Assembly (NCBI GenBank): GCA_002189035.1
Contig: NEEC01000017.1
Span: forward strand, 2,232,001-2,296,000
Direction of reading: 5' to 3'
Origin: Utricularia gibba
Taxonomy: Eukaryota > Plantae > Magnoliophyta
DNA length: 64,000 bases
Shown in pieces: positions 52,111-64,000 of this stretch (position 1 is its first letter; the number at the start of each line of letters is the position of its first letter). Made by a program: the position numbers and the translations under genes. The notes beneath the pieces were generated by a model. It worked only from the letters and a program-made list of their open reading frames with translations, did no database searches and was not told the DNA's origin.

Positions 52111-52160
52111 GTGGGCCCACCTCATATCATGTAGTCATTAAAGTTCTCATGTGGGCCCAC
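52111..52160. promoter_or_regulatory. Twin GTGGGCCCAC palindromes (TCP-type sites)
   Basis: Exact 10-bp palindrome at 52111-52120 and 52151-52160, about 200 bp upstream of the glyoxalase ATG. Confidence 0.6.
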
Positions 52161-52550
52161 TGTTAGAACGGCCCATAAGTTTTAACAAAGCCTTGTGATG
52201 CTTGTCTAATGTAAGCATTCATTATTGTTTTGTATCTTTATATAATATTATTCATTTTGAATATTTAAATCTTATAATTTCAAGTTCTTTTTATAAAATT
52301 AAAGAAATTACTATATTTAAGTGTATTCTTTTTTTTTGTCCATAAGTAATATGGAATATCATGGTATATTTGACCTTCAAACTACACTTATGAAATTAAA
52401 ATATGACGTGTACGGAAAAAGAGAAAAATACTAAAAAATCCCATTTTTTTTGTTAATAATAATTGAATTTATGTCGATGGAGAAAATATGAGAATCTAAA
52501 GAATAAAAAGAGTCGTGGACAGTAGAAGAGTACATTCTGGAGAGGACGCA

Positions 52551-53771
52551 TTAAGGTGCGATGTCGAGTCTGGGTTCGAAGCAGAAGCCGCTGAAGAGCT
52601 GAAGGGGAAACCTCTTGGTGACGGGGCATTTCTGCGACCACTTCCAGTGCTTCTGGTTCAAGTCGAAGACCAGAAGCGCCGGGCCGCCGTAGCTCTGTAT
52701 GTAGATCAGATCATCTGTGCCGCTGCTGGCGAACACGTCGTCGAACTCCCCGAATCCTTGGAAGAGCTTGTGCGGCATTCGGGCGATCTCCTCCCATTCC
52801 CTTCCGGCGAGGGCCCATATTCCGATCCCCTTGATCACGCCTGGCCGGTCCGGCTTCCCGATTCCTCCCACCAGCACTAGCTTGCCCTTTAGGTTCATCA
52901 GACGGCCGCAGGTGAGAGGGCATGGAACTGGGATGAAGCTCTCCATTAGGAGGGTGTCATTGGGTGTGCTCGTCAAGTCGTAGGTGATCAGGCCGTGCCT
53001 GTTGTAAGGGCCGCCGCCTCCGGTGGAGAAGATCAGAAAGTATAACGCACCATCACAGATGACACTCTCATCGCCCCCTCTCCACCCCGATACCACCTCC
53101 GTCAAGGTGGTTGCCCAGCTCCTGGTCCCGGAATCGTAGAGATGGATGGACAGCTCCCACTGGAAGAAATCCCCGGGAACCTGCTTCGATTGGACGATCG
53201 ACACAATGTAGCTGTTGGTTTCCAGATTCGCAGCCACAGCCAAGGCGCTGTAGTCTGCGAATTTGGGCCCTGGTGGCTCGTCCAGATCCTTGCAAGACCT
53301 GGTTATCGGATTGCAGATGTAGAGCTCACTCCTGCTGTCATTGTCCATGAAGCAGACCAGCCCTCCCGACGAAGCAATGAACCAGTTCGAGGTCTCGATG
53401 CAGGGCAGATCAATGTCGTACCATTTTTTGAGAAGAGGGTCGTAAGCATACCCAACTGGTTTGTCCGAACTGGTAAACATGAAGTACCATGGCTTCCTCG
53501 AGGAGACATGGTTTCTGTTCCAAAGGAAGCGTCTTGAGGCAACTATGTCGTGCCATCTTTTGCAGACGCAGCCTACTCGGAAGATGCTGGCGATCGGCAG
53601 ATAGGCTAATATTCTCTCCAGTAAGTCATCAGGAAGAATTGCATCCAGACAAACAGCTGAAACATCTCTGTATATATCATCGTGTAGATCAGAGAAGGAG
53701 CTGGACTCAAAGCTGCTGCCGCCTCTGAAGCTGTCCGTGCAGTGACTGGTCCAAGAGCTTTCCCCTTCCAT
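52551..53771 (-). CDS. HWS: F-box/kelch protein HAWAIIAN SKIRT, intronless CDS, 406 aa
   Basis: LPDDLLERILAYLPIASIFR, PWYFMFT, LPCIETSNWFIASS, SKQVPGDFFQW, KCPVTKRFPLQLFSGFCFEPRLDIAP* match HWS. Confidence 0.93.
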   Translation of the reverse strand: MEGESSWTSHCTDSFRGGSSFESSSFSDLHDDIYRDVSAVCLDAILPDDLLERILAYLPIASIFRVGCVCKRWHDIVASRRFLWNRNHVSSRKPWYFMFTSSDKPVGYAYDPLLKKWYDIDLPCIETSNWFIASSGGLVCFMDNDSRSELYICNPITRSCKDLDEPPGPKFADYSALAVAANLETNSYIVSIVQSKQVPGDFFQWELSIHLYDSGTRSWATTLTEVVSGWRGGDESVICDGALYFLIFSTGGGGPYNRHGLITYDLTSTPNDTLLMESFIPVPCPLTCGRLMNLKGKLVLVGGIGKPDRPGVIKGIGIWALAGREWEEIARMPHKLFQGFGEFDDVFASSGTDDLIYIQSYGGPALLVFDLNQKHWKWSQKCPVTKRFPLQLFSGFCFEPRLDIAP

Positions 53772-55737
53772 GATCAGCAGTCTTCAAAACACAGGAAACA
53801 ATGCTACAATCAGATCTGTATTCACCACAAGATTTCAAAGCATAATCCAATCACAACAAATGCACCGTTTTTGTATGCATTTTTTTTACTTTTACGGGTA
53901 GGCAGCTGCTGCATCAAGCATTGAAACTTACTGCTTTTGCAGCATAAGCAGTAAGTAAATAAGAGTCACATTGTGAACGCATTGGGATTAGAAGCAGATC
54001 TCTATAGCATGAATCGCATTGAAAACATGTTCAGTGGGAAAAGGCTACTCCTGAAACAATAAATGTGCTGAATCGAGGAAATAATCACACTTCACCAATA
54101 TAAAACAAAAGGGAATCAGAATGCAGCTCCTGAACCAGAAGACAATGTGAAAACAATAGGATAACATCAGAACGGCCCCATTTCTTTGAAAGCATGGTGT
54201 GGAAGCATCTAGTAAAGGCAGAAAAGATGCATACAGACGAACAAAGAAAGTCATGGGGTGGAGGCAACATTTCAACTAATGTATGAACCAACAACCGTCC
54301 AAGTCCTAGGGAACACTTCCACAGAAGAAACATGGAATCTAGAGTACTTGGATGCCATTCATTTGTGAGTTCAACCACATCAAGAGCAAAAAAAAAAAAG
54401 GATAGCGAAGTGAGAGTAAGTTGTCGAGGATTCAGATCTCAGAAACAAGCTTTAAAATCCTCCATAAAAAAACAGGAAAAAATGGAACCGGGACGGACAT
54501 CAAACAATGGGTACTCCCAGAAGCTGAAAAAAAACTTAAGATTTGCAAATGAATTGCCAAAACACGGCATGGCATATGATAATAACAACAAAGGGTGCAT
54601 TTTTAACACTACCCAGGATGAAAAAACAACATTCATTGCAAAAGGCAATCGTAAAGGGCCAAATCATCAACCGAATAAGGAGTAGAGGAAGCATACGAGT
54701 TGGGTTTTCTGGCACTCATCCAATACTTATTTATACTGTCACCACCGATGTTCCCAGATACAAATACAGTAGTTCTCAGTTTCCTCCCCCCTTAACTCTC
54801 AAATGACGCAGGCTGAGCCCAAGGAAGGTGAAGAAAACAGAGAACCCAGGAAAGCCTAAAGACGGACAAGAGAAATTTCCCGTCAGAAATGTGGTGGTAT
54901 TCGAGAAACAAAATTGATGGGTTTATATGGAAATAAAAATGAGGGAAAGAAACAAAGAGCAGACAGACGGCAACACAGGACACGATGTTTTCTATTTCTC
55001 TACTCCCACATTTTTTTTCACTTTTTCATTTCTTCTGCTTATTCATTTTTGTTCCTGGACACTGGACAGAGATGGAAAAGGGAGACCACTAATCCTGTCT
55101 TCCTCATCCTTTCTCCCCAATCCATTCCATTGTCTGGAAGATGGGACCAGCGGTTTCGATCATACATGATGACTCTCCCTCACCCTTTAGATTACTTTCT
55201 GCTTCATCCCGCTTACCCAGTTTATTCCCATATCCATCTCTAATTTACAAAAATATATTATATTTTTTATGACATAGAAAAAATATAAATATATGTTATT
55301 TATTTTCTGGCTCTTACAAAACCTAGTCCCAATTCAGGGCCTGGCCTAGCTGTCGGCGATTCACAGTACTGGGTTGGCAGAATTGGGCCTCATTGGGCTG
55401 ACCCTACATGATGGGCTGGCACATGGGCCCCATACACTGAACACGTGAAGTGGGCCCTACCTACTGGACGCGTGTCTATCTCCATCCTCCACGCGTGGAC
55501 TGCACAATCTTTAGTTTATTCAATTTTCAAATTGGAATGGGTAAAAATAAATATTCATTATATATTTCTTAAATAATATAATGATGTAAGCAAATCTTTT
55601 TTAAAATATAATTTTCATTTTTTATGTTTCTTTATAACTCATTAAATATTAATTATCATCAAATTTATATCAAAAAATGAAAATGAAGAGAGGTGAAATA
55701 AGGATTTAGGAGTAGGAATTATAAAATCAATGTCTTA

Positions 55738-55960
55738 AGGTCTGTTTTGTATCGCTTAAAAAAAAATGATTCTAGAAGTGCTTCAACATTTTTTTAGGGT
55801 TTAGCTTCAACATTTTTTTTAAGCAAAGATACCCCGACTTCTAAAAAAATAGAAGCACTTCATTATTTCAGTTTTATGTGAAATAGAATCAATATGTGTT
55901 TTGTCTGAAAATCATTTTAAAAATATTTAATTTAAAGTAAAATAAAAAATAAACAGAACT
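55738..55960. mobile_element. Tourist-like (PIF/Harbinger) MITE, 223 bp
   Basis: TTA target duplication at 55735-55737 and 55961-55963; TIRs AGGTCTGTTT / AAACAGAACT (9 of 10 complementary); internal inverted pair GAAGTGCTTC / GAAGCACTTC and duplicated GCTTCAACATTTTTT. Confidence 0.7.
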
Positions 55961-56892
55961 TTAATCTCGCTGGAATATATTAATTACCAATGAGAGAGAA
56001 AATGTAACACAAATAGAGGAGTAAGCTTAATTTTGTATGAAATTTTTTTTCCGAAAAAAAAACGTAATATTTGGAATATTAAAATATCATATAAAACAAA
56101 CACGGATCGACAAGGCATCGCATGTGACGCATTGGGTGGGATTCATCAAAGGAATTTACTTTTATATGAATTATTTCTATTTTATTGTAAGAATTTGTGG
56201 TGCTTTTACAAAAATAAAAAAAGGAATTAATTCTGGGCATCGAAATAAATGCTGATTTTGTAAATGCATTTATGAGTAATTAAAAGTAATTACTGGTCTT
56301 ATGGATTGGTTTTATTTGAGAAGAGAATGAATTGGCGTGGTGAATCATTGATGATGAAGATAATGGTGTGCGTGCATTAGGGGGGGAAGGAAGGTAGATG
56401 AACTTCTAAGAAAGGCACATTGGGCTGGCCACGTGATACCATTGCTGCTGGAACACTGCGCAGATGAATCGTCGCCTTTGGGTGGGGGAGACGGGTTTTG
56501 AGCTTGGGTGTTTTGGGTAAAGCGTTTGACTGTGAACCCAATTTTGACTTGTGGGTTGAGGTAAAACCCAGGTTTTTCGCTCCAACTCGGGGCTGTGTTT
56601 CCCGGGGTGTGTGTTGAGTGAAGGACGGGTTCGCTGATGGTGTACCATTCACGCGGTCCAGCTTCAAGAAGCTGCTTCTTTGGTTGTGGAGAAGTGGATT
56701 GGGAGTGATGTGTGAAACCCAATCCGGGAGAGGAACCGGCATTTGTGTTTGTAGTAACCGGGAGTTGGAGGAGCAGTGATTCGTCTTTGAAGCCTGTTTG
56801 GGGCATTGGTGCAGCTGCGTTTCTGGGTGCAATCTTGCAATGGATCGTCATTAAGATTGTGATTATCTGGGCTTTTTGTTATGGAAGTGTAG

Positions 56893-59800
56893 ATGGGTTG
56901 TCTTGAAAACGGCGTTCCGGTGAACAGGGAGTCCCGATTCGGGCGTTCTTCGTCTATCGGGGGTTGTGAACAGTCCTGGGGCAGTTCTCCAGTTGCAGTT
57001 TCCGGTCCAAAGAACAGATCCAGAAGTGTGAATAGGATTTGTGCAAGGATTCGAGCTGTGCACCTCGCTTGCCTTTTCATTGCTGTATTTGTCTTCCTTT
57101 TTCTGCTTCAGGGGTACTTCTTGCCGGTTGTTGGGCCGGAGGAACCGCGAAAATCCAGCAGAGTTGCTCATTTCTTCTACAAGCGCGGTGGCGGCGGAAA
57201 TTTTCCGGATTTTCCGTTCTTGGATGACTTGGATTTCGGCGACGATGCAGATTTGGAACTTTTGAACACTTTGATCAAGTTTCAGAAGGAACCTAGAGAA
57301 ACTAACGACAGCTATAATGTCCGTAGATATGGATACGTTAAACCCAAGCTTGCGTTGGTAATTTCTATTTTGTTTGTCTCTTGGCTTCAATGTGTCTGGC
57401 ATTGCTTGCCATGTTTCCTGCAACTGGGTTGTTTATTGGGTTTTGAGTGATCATCTGCAATCATTAGTGTTTGCATGATTTATAACCGCTGGAAGGTTTT
57501 CTTTTGAATGCCCTTGCAGGTCTTTGCAGACTTGACAGTAGATCCACATCATATTCATATGTTCACAGTGGCTAAAGCGATACGAGATGTGGGTTATGAA
57601 ATTGAGGTGGTTCATTCTTACTTTATGCTTCATCAAGATATTGAGTCTGTACCATGGTTAATTCTTTGTTCATTTCAGGCTTTCTCTCTACAAGATGGCA
57701 CAGTGTCTGCAGTATGGAAAAAGTTCGGATATCCGGTGAACGTGATTACTGCAGATGAGAACATGAAGTTTTCCATAGACTGGCTAAAGTATGAACTACA
57801 CTAGTTAATGTGGGATGTTAATATTACCAATAAACTGCTAAAGTTTTCAATAGAATGAACGATGAACTGATATTTTACAGATACAACAGCAGCTTGTTTG
57901 ATCTCTAAAATGTTGTGTGATTGCAGCTATAATGGGATCTTAGTGAGCTCTTTGAAAGCTGCGGATGCCTTGTACAGGTCAGCAAGTTGGATTTATTGCA
58001 GTCACGAATCATTCTCTTCCATTCAAGCATATCTTTTAGCTTTGTTATAGAAATGAAGATTTTACTTGTGCAGTCTTATGCAGGAACCTTTTCGGGAAAT
58101 ACCTCTTATATGGACCATCCATGAAGAAGTGCTAGCCCGGAGATTGAGAGATTATGCTTCAAGAGGAGAAGTGGAGCTGATCGAGAGCTGGAAAAGAGTC
58201 TTCAGAAGAGCCACTGCTGTTGTCTTCCCCAACCAAATTCTTCCAGTAATTGCATACTTTCTTCCTCACAATAGCCACTCCTCATTCAAATTACATATCA
58301 TAGTCTTCCTCATTAATGCAACTTCAAGCTTTGTCAACTGTGCTTCATAATTTTGCTTCTTAAATTGCTCAGGTGGCCTACTCAACATGTGATCCTGCAA
58401 ACTTTTGTGTGATCCCTGGCTTCCCTATGGATGACATGGAAGTTAATGAGCACCTGGCTGATGGAAAGGATAATGTAAAAAATGAGTTTGTCATAGTGGT
58501 AGTTGGAAGCCGTTTGGTTTATAAAGCTCAGTGGCTGGAACATGCCCTTGTCTTACAAGCTCTGTATCCAGTTTTTAGAGGTTTCATTTCCACAAATTCT
58601 CATCTAAAAATCATTATCCTGATTGGAGCCTCAACACCAAACTACAGCAGTGCTTTTGAGGTAGAAATACAAGATGGCAATTTTCAGCTGAAATTTGACT
58701 CCTCTTCATTAGATGCTGAGGTTTTCTCTGCTTGGGTTTTATGCCACAGACAATAGCAAAAAACTTGAATTACCCCAATGGTACTGTGGAGTATGTTACT
58801 GATGATGCGGCTGGAGAGGATGCCCTTCAAGTTGCTGATCTTGTGATATACGGCTCCTTCCGTGAAGAGCCTGCATTTCCAGTCATTTTGCAAAAAGCCA
58901 TGCTTTTGGGGAAACCTGTAGTTGCCCCAGATATGGCGATGATTCGTAACTATGTGCGTTTCACCATTATCTTTTCCTGTCCAAAAGCATTATATGGCCC
59001 ATGAATATATTTGGGATTCAGCAAATGTCTGTGATCACACATCTATTCTCACCATGTTATTTATTGGTAATCCTTATATGAGCTGTTAAACCTTAGCCAT
59101 TGACTGTGATGACACTTTTTTTCAGGTTTCTGACTGGATGAATGGTTTCCTCTTTTCAAAGGACAAAGTTTCAGTTCTTACCGACATACTCTTTCAACTG
59201 ATTGACAATGGAACACTCTCAGTTTTAGCTCAGAGTGTTGCATTAAGAGGAAAGGCCACATCCAGAAACTTCATGGTCACAGAATGTATAGAAGGTTATG
59301 CTTCACTTTTGGAAAATGTTCTCAAGCTTCCATCTGAAGTTGCGGCTTCCAAGCCTGCTAAAGAGATTCCCAAAGAGTTAAAAACTGAATGGGGATGGCG
59401 CCATTTTGAAGATATTCATGAAAATTCTTCAACCAGATATGATACAACAGATGATTTTTTGAATAAGTTTGAGAAGCTATTAAGCTCTTCAAGCAAGGAT
59501 AGCAGTGTCAACCTTTCTGCAACAGATGATAATTCATTTCTTTATACCATATGGAGGACCAAAAGTTAGCTGACATGGCTTTCATGCGGAAAAAACGAGA
59601 AGATGATGAGGTAGTTGAAAGTTGGTGCTCTCTTTCTTTTTGTGTTTTCGTTTTTTTAATTGTTGCTATTTATTTTGATGTAGTTGAAGGATCGAACAAA
59701 TCAGCCTCAGGGAACATGGGATGAAATATACAGAAATGTTCGGAGACCTGATCGTGTTTTACATGAGAGGGATGATGGTGAGCTCGAGAGAACTGCACAA

Positions 59801-61331
59801 CCACTGTGTATCTATGAACCTTACTATGGACAAGGGACCTGGCCTTTTTTGCACAATTCATCACTTTACCGTGGAGTTGGGTTGGTGAGCATGCCAAAAA
59901 CTATCTCTGGTTTCCTGGAACTTCGAAATTGACAGATGAATGCCTTTATTTTAGCTGAGCAGAGGTCGAAGACCAGGAGCAGATGATGTGGATGCAGCTT
60001 CTCGTCTCCAAATATTGAGCAATGCTTACTTTAGAGATGTCTTAGGAGAATATGGTGCCTATTTTGCAATCGCTAACCGGATAGATCGTATCCATAAAAA
60101 TGCTTGGATAGGATTTCAGTCATGGCGGGCTACAGCAAGAAAGGTGTGCCATCACTTCTACTTCTATAAAGAATTCTTCCAGTGTTTCACTTACATTTGA
60201 ATGTGCGGTTTCACAGGTATCGTTGTCATCAGCTGCTGAAAGATCATTGCAGGATGCTATTGAAGGTAAAAGGCATGGAGATGCACTTTATTTCTGGGTT
60301 GGAATGGATACTGACCCGAGAAGCCAGCCAAAGCAAGACTTCTGGTCATTCTGCGATGCTATAAATGCAGGGAATTGCCAGTAAGAACACAATGCTTAAT
60401 CAGATTGTTTCATTATATTGGAAACGTGTTGGAGAATATGGTGTAGAGATTATTGTATACCTTCATGTACTAGGCTTGCTTTCGGTGAGGCTCTGAAGAA
60501 GATGTATGGATTAAAATCTGACCTAGCTTCTCTTCCTCCCATGCCTCATGATGATGGCACTTGGTCTGTAATGCATTGCTGGGCCTTACCAACTCGCTCT
60601 TTTCTTGAGTTTGCTATGTTTTCAAGGTTGGAATCAGCACCCCCTTTTCATTTCATATCACCCTTCATGTGAAAGATAGCATTTTGATGTTGTTTCTTGT
60701 GAACCTAAAGGATTTTTGTTGATGCATTGGATGCCCAGTTCTCCGATGAACACCGTAGAACAGGCTGGTGTCACTTGAACCTGTCCAAGGTGATTGTCAC
60801 TCGGAGCTAATCCAATTTCACACCCTCATACCGTTTTCTCTTTTTCATTGTATGATGTTTTTGAGTTATTTGCAGGATAAGCACTGCTACTCCCGTATGC
60901 TGGAGCTGCTGGTGAACGTTTGGGCGTACCACAGTGGAAGGCGCATGGTGTATGTACAGCCTGAGACAGGTTCTATGCAGGAGCAGCACCAGCTGAGGAC
61001 CCGCAGAGGCCACATGTGGATCAAATGGTTCCAGTTTTCGGTTCTGAAGAGCATGGACGAGGAACTCGCCGAGGAGTTCGACTCGGACCGGGCTGCAGGA
61101 TGGTCATTGTGGTCTGCCACCGGTGAAGTATTCTGGCAGGGCATCTACGAGAAGGAGAAGAGCCAGAGGATCAAGGAGAAGGAAAGGAGGAAGCAGCAGA
61201 GCAGAGATAAGATTCATAGGATGAAGAACAAGTCTCGTCAGAAGGTTCTGGGGAAATACATCAAGCCTGCAGACGAGGAGAACGAGAATATTACTACTAC
61301 TACGACTACTACTACAGCAGTAACCCCATGA
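56893..61331 (+). CDS. Large type II membrane glycosyltransferase (GT1-domain, uncharacterised plant family), 14 exons; one apparent 1-nt deletion at 59553
   Basis: MGCLENGVP, TM segment, IPLIWTIHE, ADLVIYGSFREEPAFPVILQKAMLLGKPVVAPD, LCIYEPYYGQGTWPFLH, IHKNAWIGFQSW, KHCYSRMLELLVNVWAYHS, GEVFWQGIYEKE. Confidence 0.88.
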
Positions 61332-62264
61332 TCAACTACTGGCCTCACACCCCAATTTTTGATCCATTTTTCATTTCCAGGAACACGTGTAAATTCTCTA
61401 ACTGTACCCATTATATTGATCTTTCCTTTCTTTCACGTGAATAAGCAATATGAATGGTTGGTAATGCCAAGAGCACTGCTGATCATGGAGTGTTTTCAAG
61501 AATGAAACAGTACTGAGCTACTGATGAAACAAGTAGACCCAGATTGGGTTTTTCCAAGGAGACATGGTAGGCTTCTGTTGATGACTCGAGTGTCTGATTT
61601 GGAGCAAGCAGATATGCGATGTGTTAGGTGTTTGATGGGAATGAAATGAATGTGTTAAGACCACTTTTTTTACTTAGTCTAAAAGCGTGAGGTGTCGACT
61701 TTAATTTAACCAAACAACTTTATCTTACTTTGAGGCTGTTCCGAAGACTAACTTAAAACTGCCATGTTTCTGGTTTCTTGCGTTCTGATAAACTGCATAA
61801 AACTCCAATCCATGTGTGCTTCAAGATGGTTACTATTATGAAGTAAACATGGCTACAATGGTAACAAGACCAGTAGGATAAAAAGCATGTGTATCAACAT
61901 CAGCAGCTGAAGAGCACCACAGAACTACACTTTTTTAACAGTGCTGGAATGGAAATGGTCTGGAACATTAGAAACAGCATACATTGAAGATAATATATGG
62001 CTGAACATTCGCATGTCTCATCAGAATCTGAAAGGGGCCACAGGAAAACGTTCTGTTGTGAATAACTTTACCGAATTGTTGTTGGATTTTCTCACAACAT
62101 CCCATGTGATGATGTTGAAAAATGATTGTTCTGGGCTCACAACTTTGAGAATCAAAGTGCTCCATATATAGAGGGGAACTTATCCCCCCCTCGGCTCATT
62201 CCATCTCTAGGACCAATACCTTCTTTCTCATCTTCTCCAGACAAAGACCTTTGTCATCTTCTCC

Positions 62265-63028
62265 ATGGATAGAGCATCTACTGATCTTGCAACCGAGAGC
62301 TTTTCATACAGCTGGTTGATCGAAGGAGAGCGAGAGTTTACCATGAGCTTGAATGAACCGGGGCAAAGTTTTGATTTTGATCTCCCTTTCCAAGCATCAG
62401 ACAGTGGATTTGCTCTGGCTGACGAGATTTTCTCAGATGGGAGAATCGTGTCTGTTTACACGGAGAAGCCCAAGGTTGAAACCTTGAATAGTTTGACAGC
62501 CTCTGCGTGTTTCTCTCCTGTTTCTTCATGTTCATTATCAACGACAAAGGCCTGCAAGAACCAAAAATGGAAATGGAGGCAGTCTTCCAGTAAACTTTTG
62601 CAGGAGTGCCTCAGACTAGTGAAGCCTTTGATGGGGTGGAAGAGAAAGAGCAGCAGGGTTGATGATCTTGAACGCAAGGCTTCCGAAGTTGGGAGCTTGC
62701 ACTCCCACGAAGCATCACCAAGGGTAAGCTCGGCCTATTCAGTTCAAGACTTTTGCCATGTAAGGAAAGCAGCTGATAGAGCAGATCTCCATTCTGCGCT
62801 ACGGAAGGTCAGAAGTTGGAACAAATCTTCACAAGAACAGCCTCGTTTAAGCCCTTCTCGCCCAAGTTATTCTTGTTGGGATGATGAGAAATCAATCAGT
62901 GAAGCGATCCTCTACTGTAAAAGATCAATAGGTAACTGAATATTGTTTTCTTTTTCCACTCAGAATGTCTTCGTTTTATAATGATCATGGGCTAATTTTC
63001 CATCGTTCAATAATTTCCAGAGAAATGA
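62265..63028 (+). CDS. Membrane-associated kinase regulator, MAKR6-like, 2 exons
   Basis: LATESFSYSWL, ADEIFSDGRI, EKSISEAILYCKRSI; donor GTAACT after ATA G, acceptor TTCCAG at 63020, then AG AAA TGA. Confidence 0.75.
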
Positions 63029-63751
63029 GAGACCAGGATGAAGAACCAGAGCTATAGCTGTTCTAACTTCAGAGATCTCTCTCCCTCATGGTACATACAG
63101 GCTACCTGATCCAGAGAAGTAGATTTACAGGAACTGATTTGCATGGTATCATCTGTGTATGGTGTAAATTCGTGTAGTTAGAAGAACTGAGTTGAATGAA
63201 CTTCTTTTGTACTTCAGAGTTCCTTTCCTTTCCTGCTTCGAGGAAGAGGCAGCTTCACTTTAAGGCCTCTGGCAATTCCGAACATTTTGATCCATCCTGC
63301 TGCAGGTTTCCAAGCATCAGAATTCACAAACAGAGCTTTCAGAGCAAAAAATACATGCGAAAGGATAAGATAATCAAGGAAGCATATTCATTGAACATTA
63401 TACCATTTCAAATGGACGCAATCCGATGCATTCTTCACATTGGATCATCGCAATTTTTTTTTCCAGAGTATGAGCAAATTCGAAAGCAGCATGATAACAC
63501 CAGTGTGAAAGAGGCCACGTTACAGACATGGCCCACATAGAAATATGCTGTCTGATAAAGGTCATTAAATTCCAATGCAACTGCCCATTCCTTCTTTTTC
63601 AACTTTGGTTCCATTCACAACTAAGGTTAAGCTACACCCTCCCATATGAACACTACACCTCTGGCTAATTTCTATCGAAAATGCACAGGACAGCATACAG
63701 CCAAAACTAAAGCAAACCATTATTACATACCTCAAATCAAAACCATACATT

Positions 63752-63944
63752 TTATTCAAGTGGGCACGGCCATGGATCCAATGGCATGTCTGGGTGAACC
63801 ATCACATTTATGCCTTGGACTTGGGGTCCGGTATCAAGGGGCAAAAGTAAGCCAGTTGGGTCATGTTTGGAACTTCTCCTTGTGCAGATCACCAGAATTG
63901 ATATTGACACTGCAGAGATTGCTGAACCTGAATGGGCATTATCG
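63752..63944 (-). other. Possible terminal exon of an unidentified gene entering from the right edge
   Basis: On the minus strand a T-rich tract ending GTCTAG (63945) precedes an open frame to TAA at 63752; no family motif recognised, frame not determined. Confidence 0.3.
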
Positions 63945-64000
63945 CTAGACACAACAAGGACGACACACGGCATGAAGAAACTCATAAAACACTTCGAAGA

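Noticed and set aside
56345-56851. 168-aa and 151-aa minus-strand ORFs upstream of the glycosyltransferase
   Set aside because: Antisense to a G/T-rich 5' leader; composition explains the lack of stops.
37980-60720. Several AAG 3' splice acceptors as a lineage peculiarity
   Set aside because: About seven among roughly one hundred introns, not clearly above the normal minor frequency.
61521-61597. Box C/D snoRNA-like arrangement (TGATGA...TGATGA...CTGA)
   Set aside because: No terminal stem and no rRNA/snRNA complement recognised; probably 3' UTR. An Infernal/snoscan search would settle it.

Overview
Plant (eudicot) nuclear DNA, very gene-dense: 21 recognisable protein-coding genes plus a possible 3' fragment at the right edge, about one gene per 3 kb with mostly short introns. 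That density fits a miniature genome such as Lentibulariaceae, but the species cannot be established from sequence. Genes in order: CLV2 (runs off left edge), CURT1B, a 12-Cys secreted peptide precursor, CIPK9-like kinase, ECA2-type Ca-ATPase, ORM/ORMDL, DUF688 protein, JAM-type bHLH, PI4K-gamma, REC1/CLU-like TPR protein, SDE2, ATG6/Beclin, TIGR01589-domain protein, a spliced 51-aa SDH8-like microprotein missed by the ORF track, group-G bZIP (GBF), AG-peptide, CURT1A, glyoxalase/VOC protein, HAWAIIAN SKIRT F-box, a large glycosyltransferase and MAKR6-like. Mobile DNA is limited to a 508-bp solo LTR and a 223-bp Tourist-like MITE. No rRNA, tRNA or CRISPR. Most notable: (1) six separate 1-nt losses, each repairable by restoring one G or C, break five conserved genes (probably assembly error, but untested); (2) a cluster of ten ACGT cores in front of a G-box-binding factor; (3) CIPK9 has an AUG-stop minimal uORF, an AT-starting intron and a GC-AG intron; (4) an RRxL-containing cysteine-rich peptide precursor of unknown function. 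Exons were traced by hand and family assignments rest on recalled protein motifs, not database searches.
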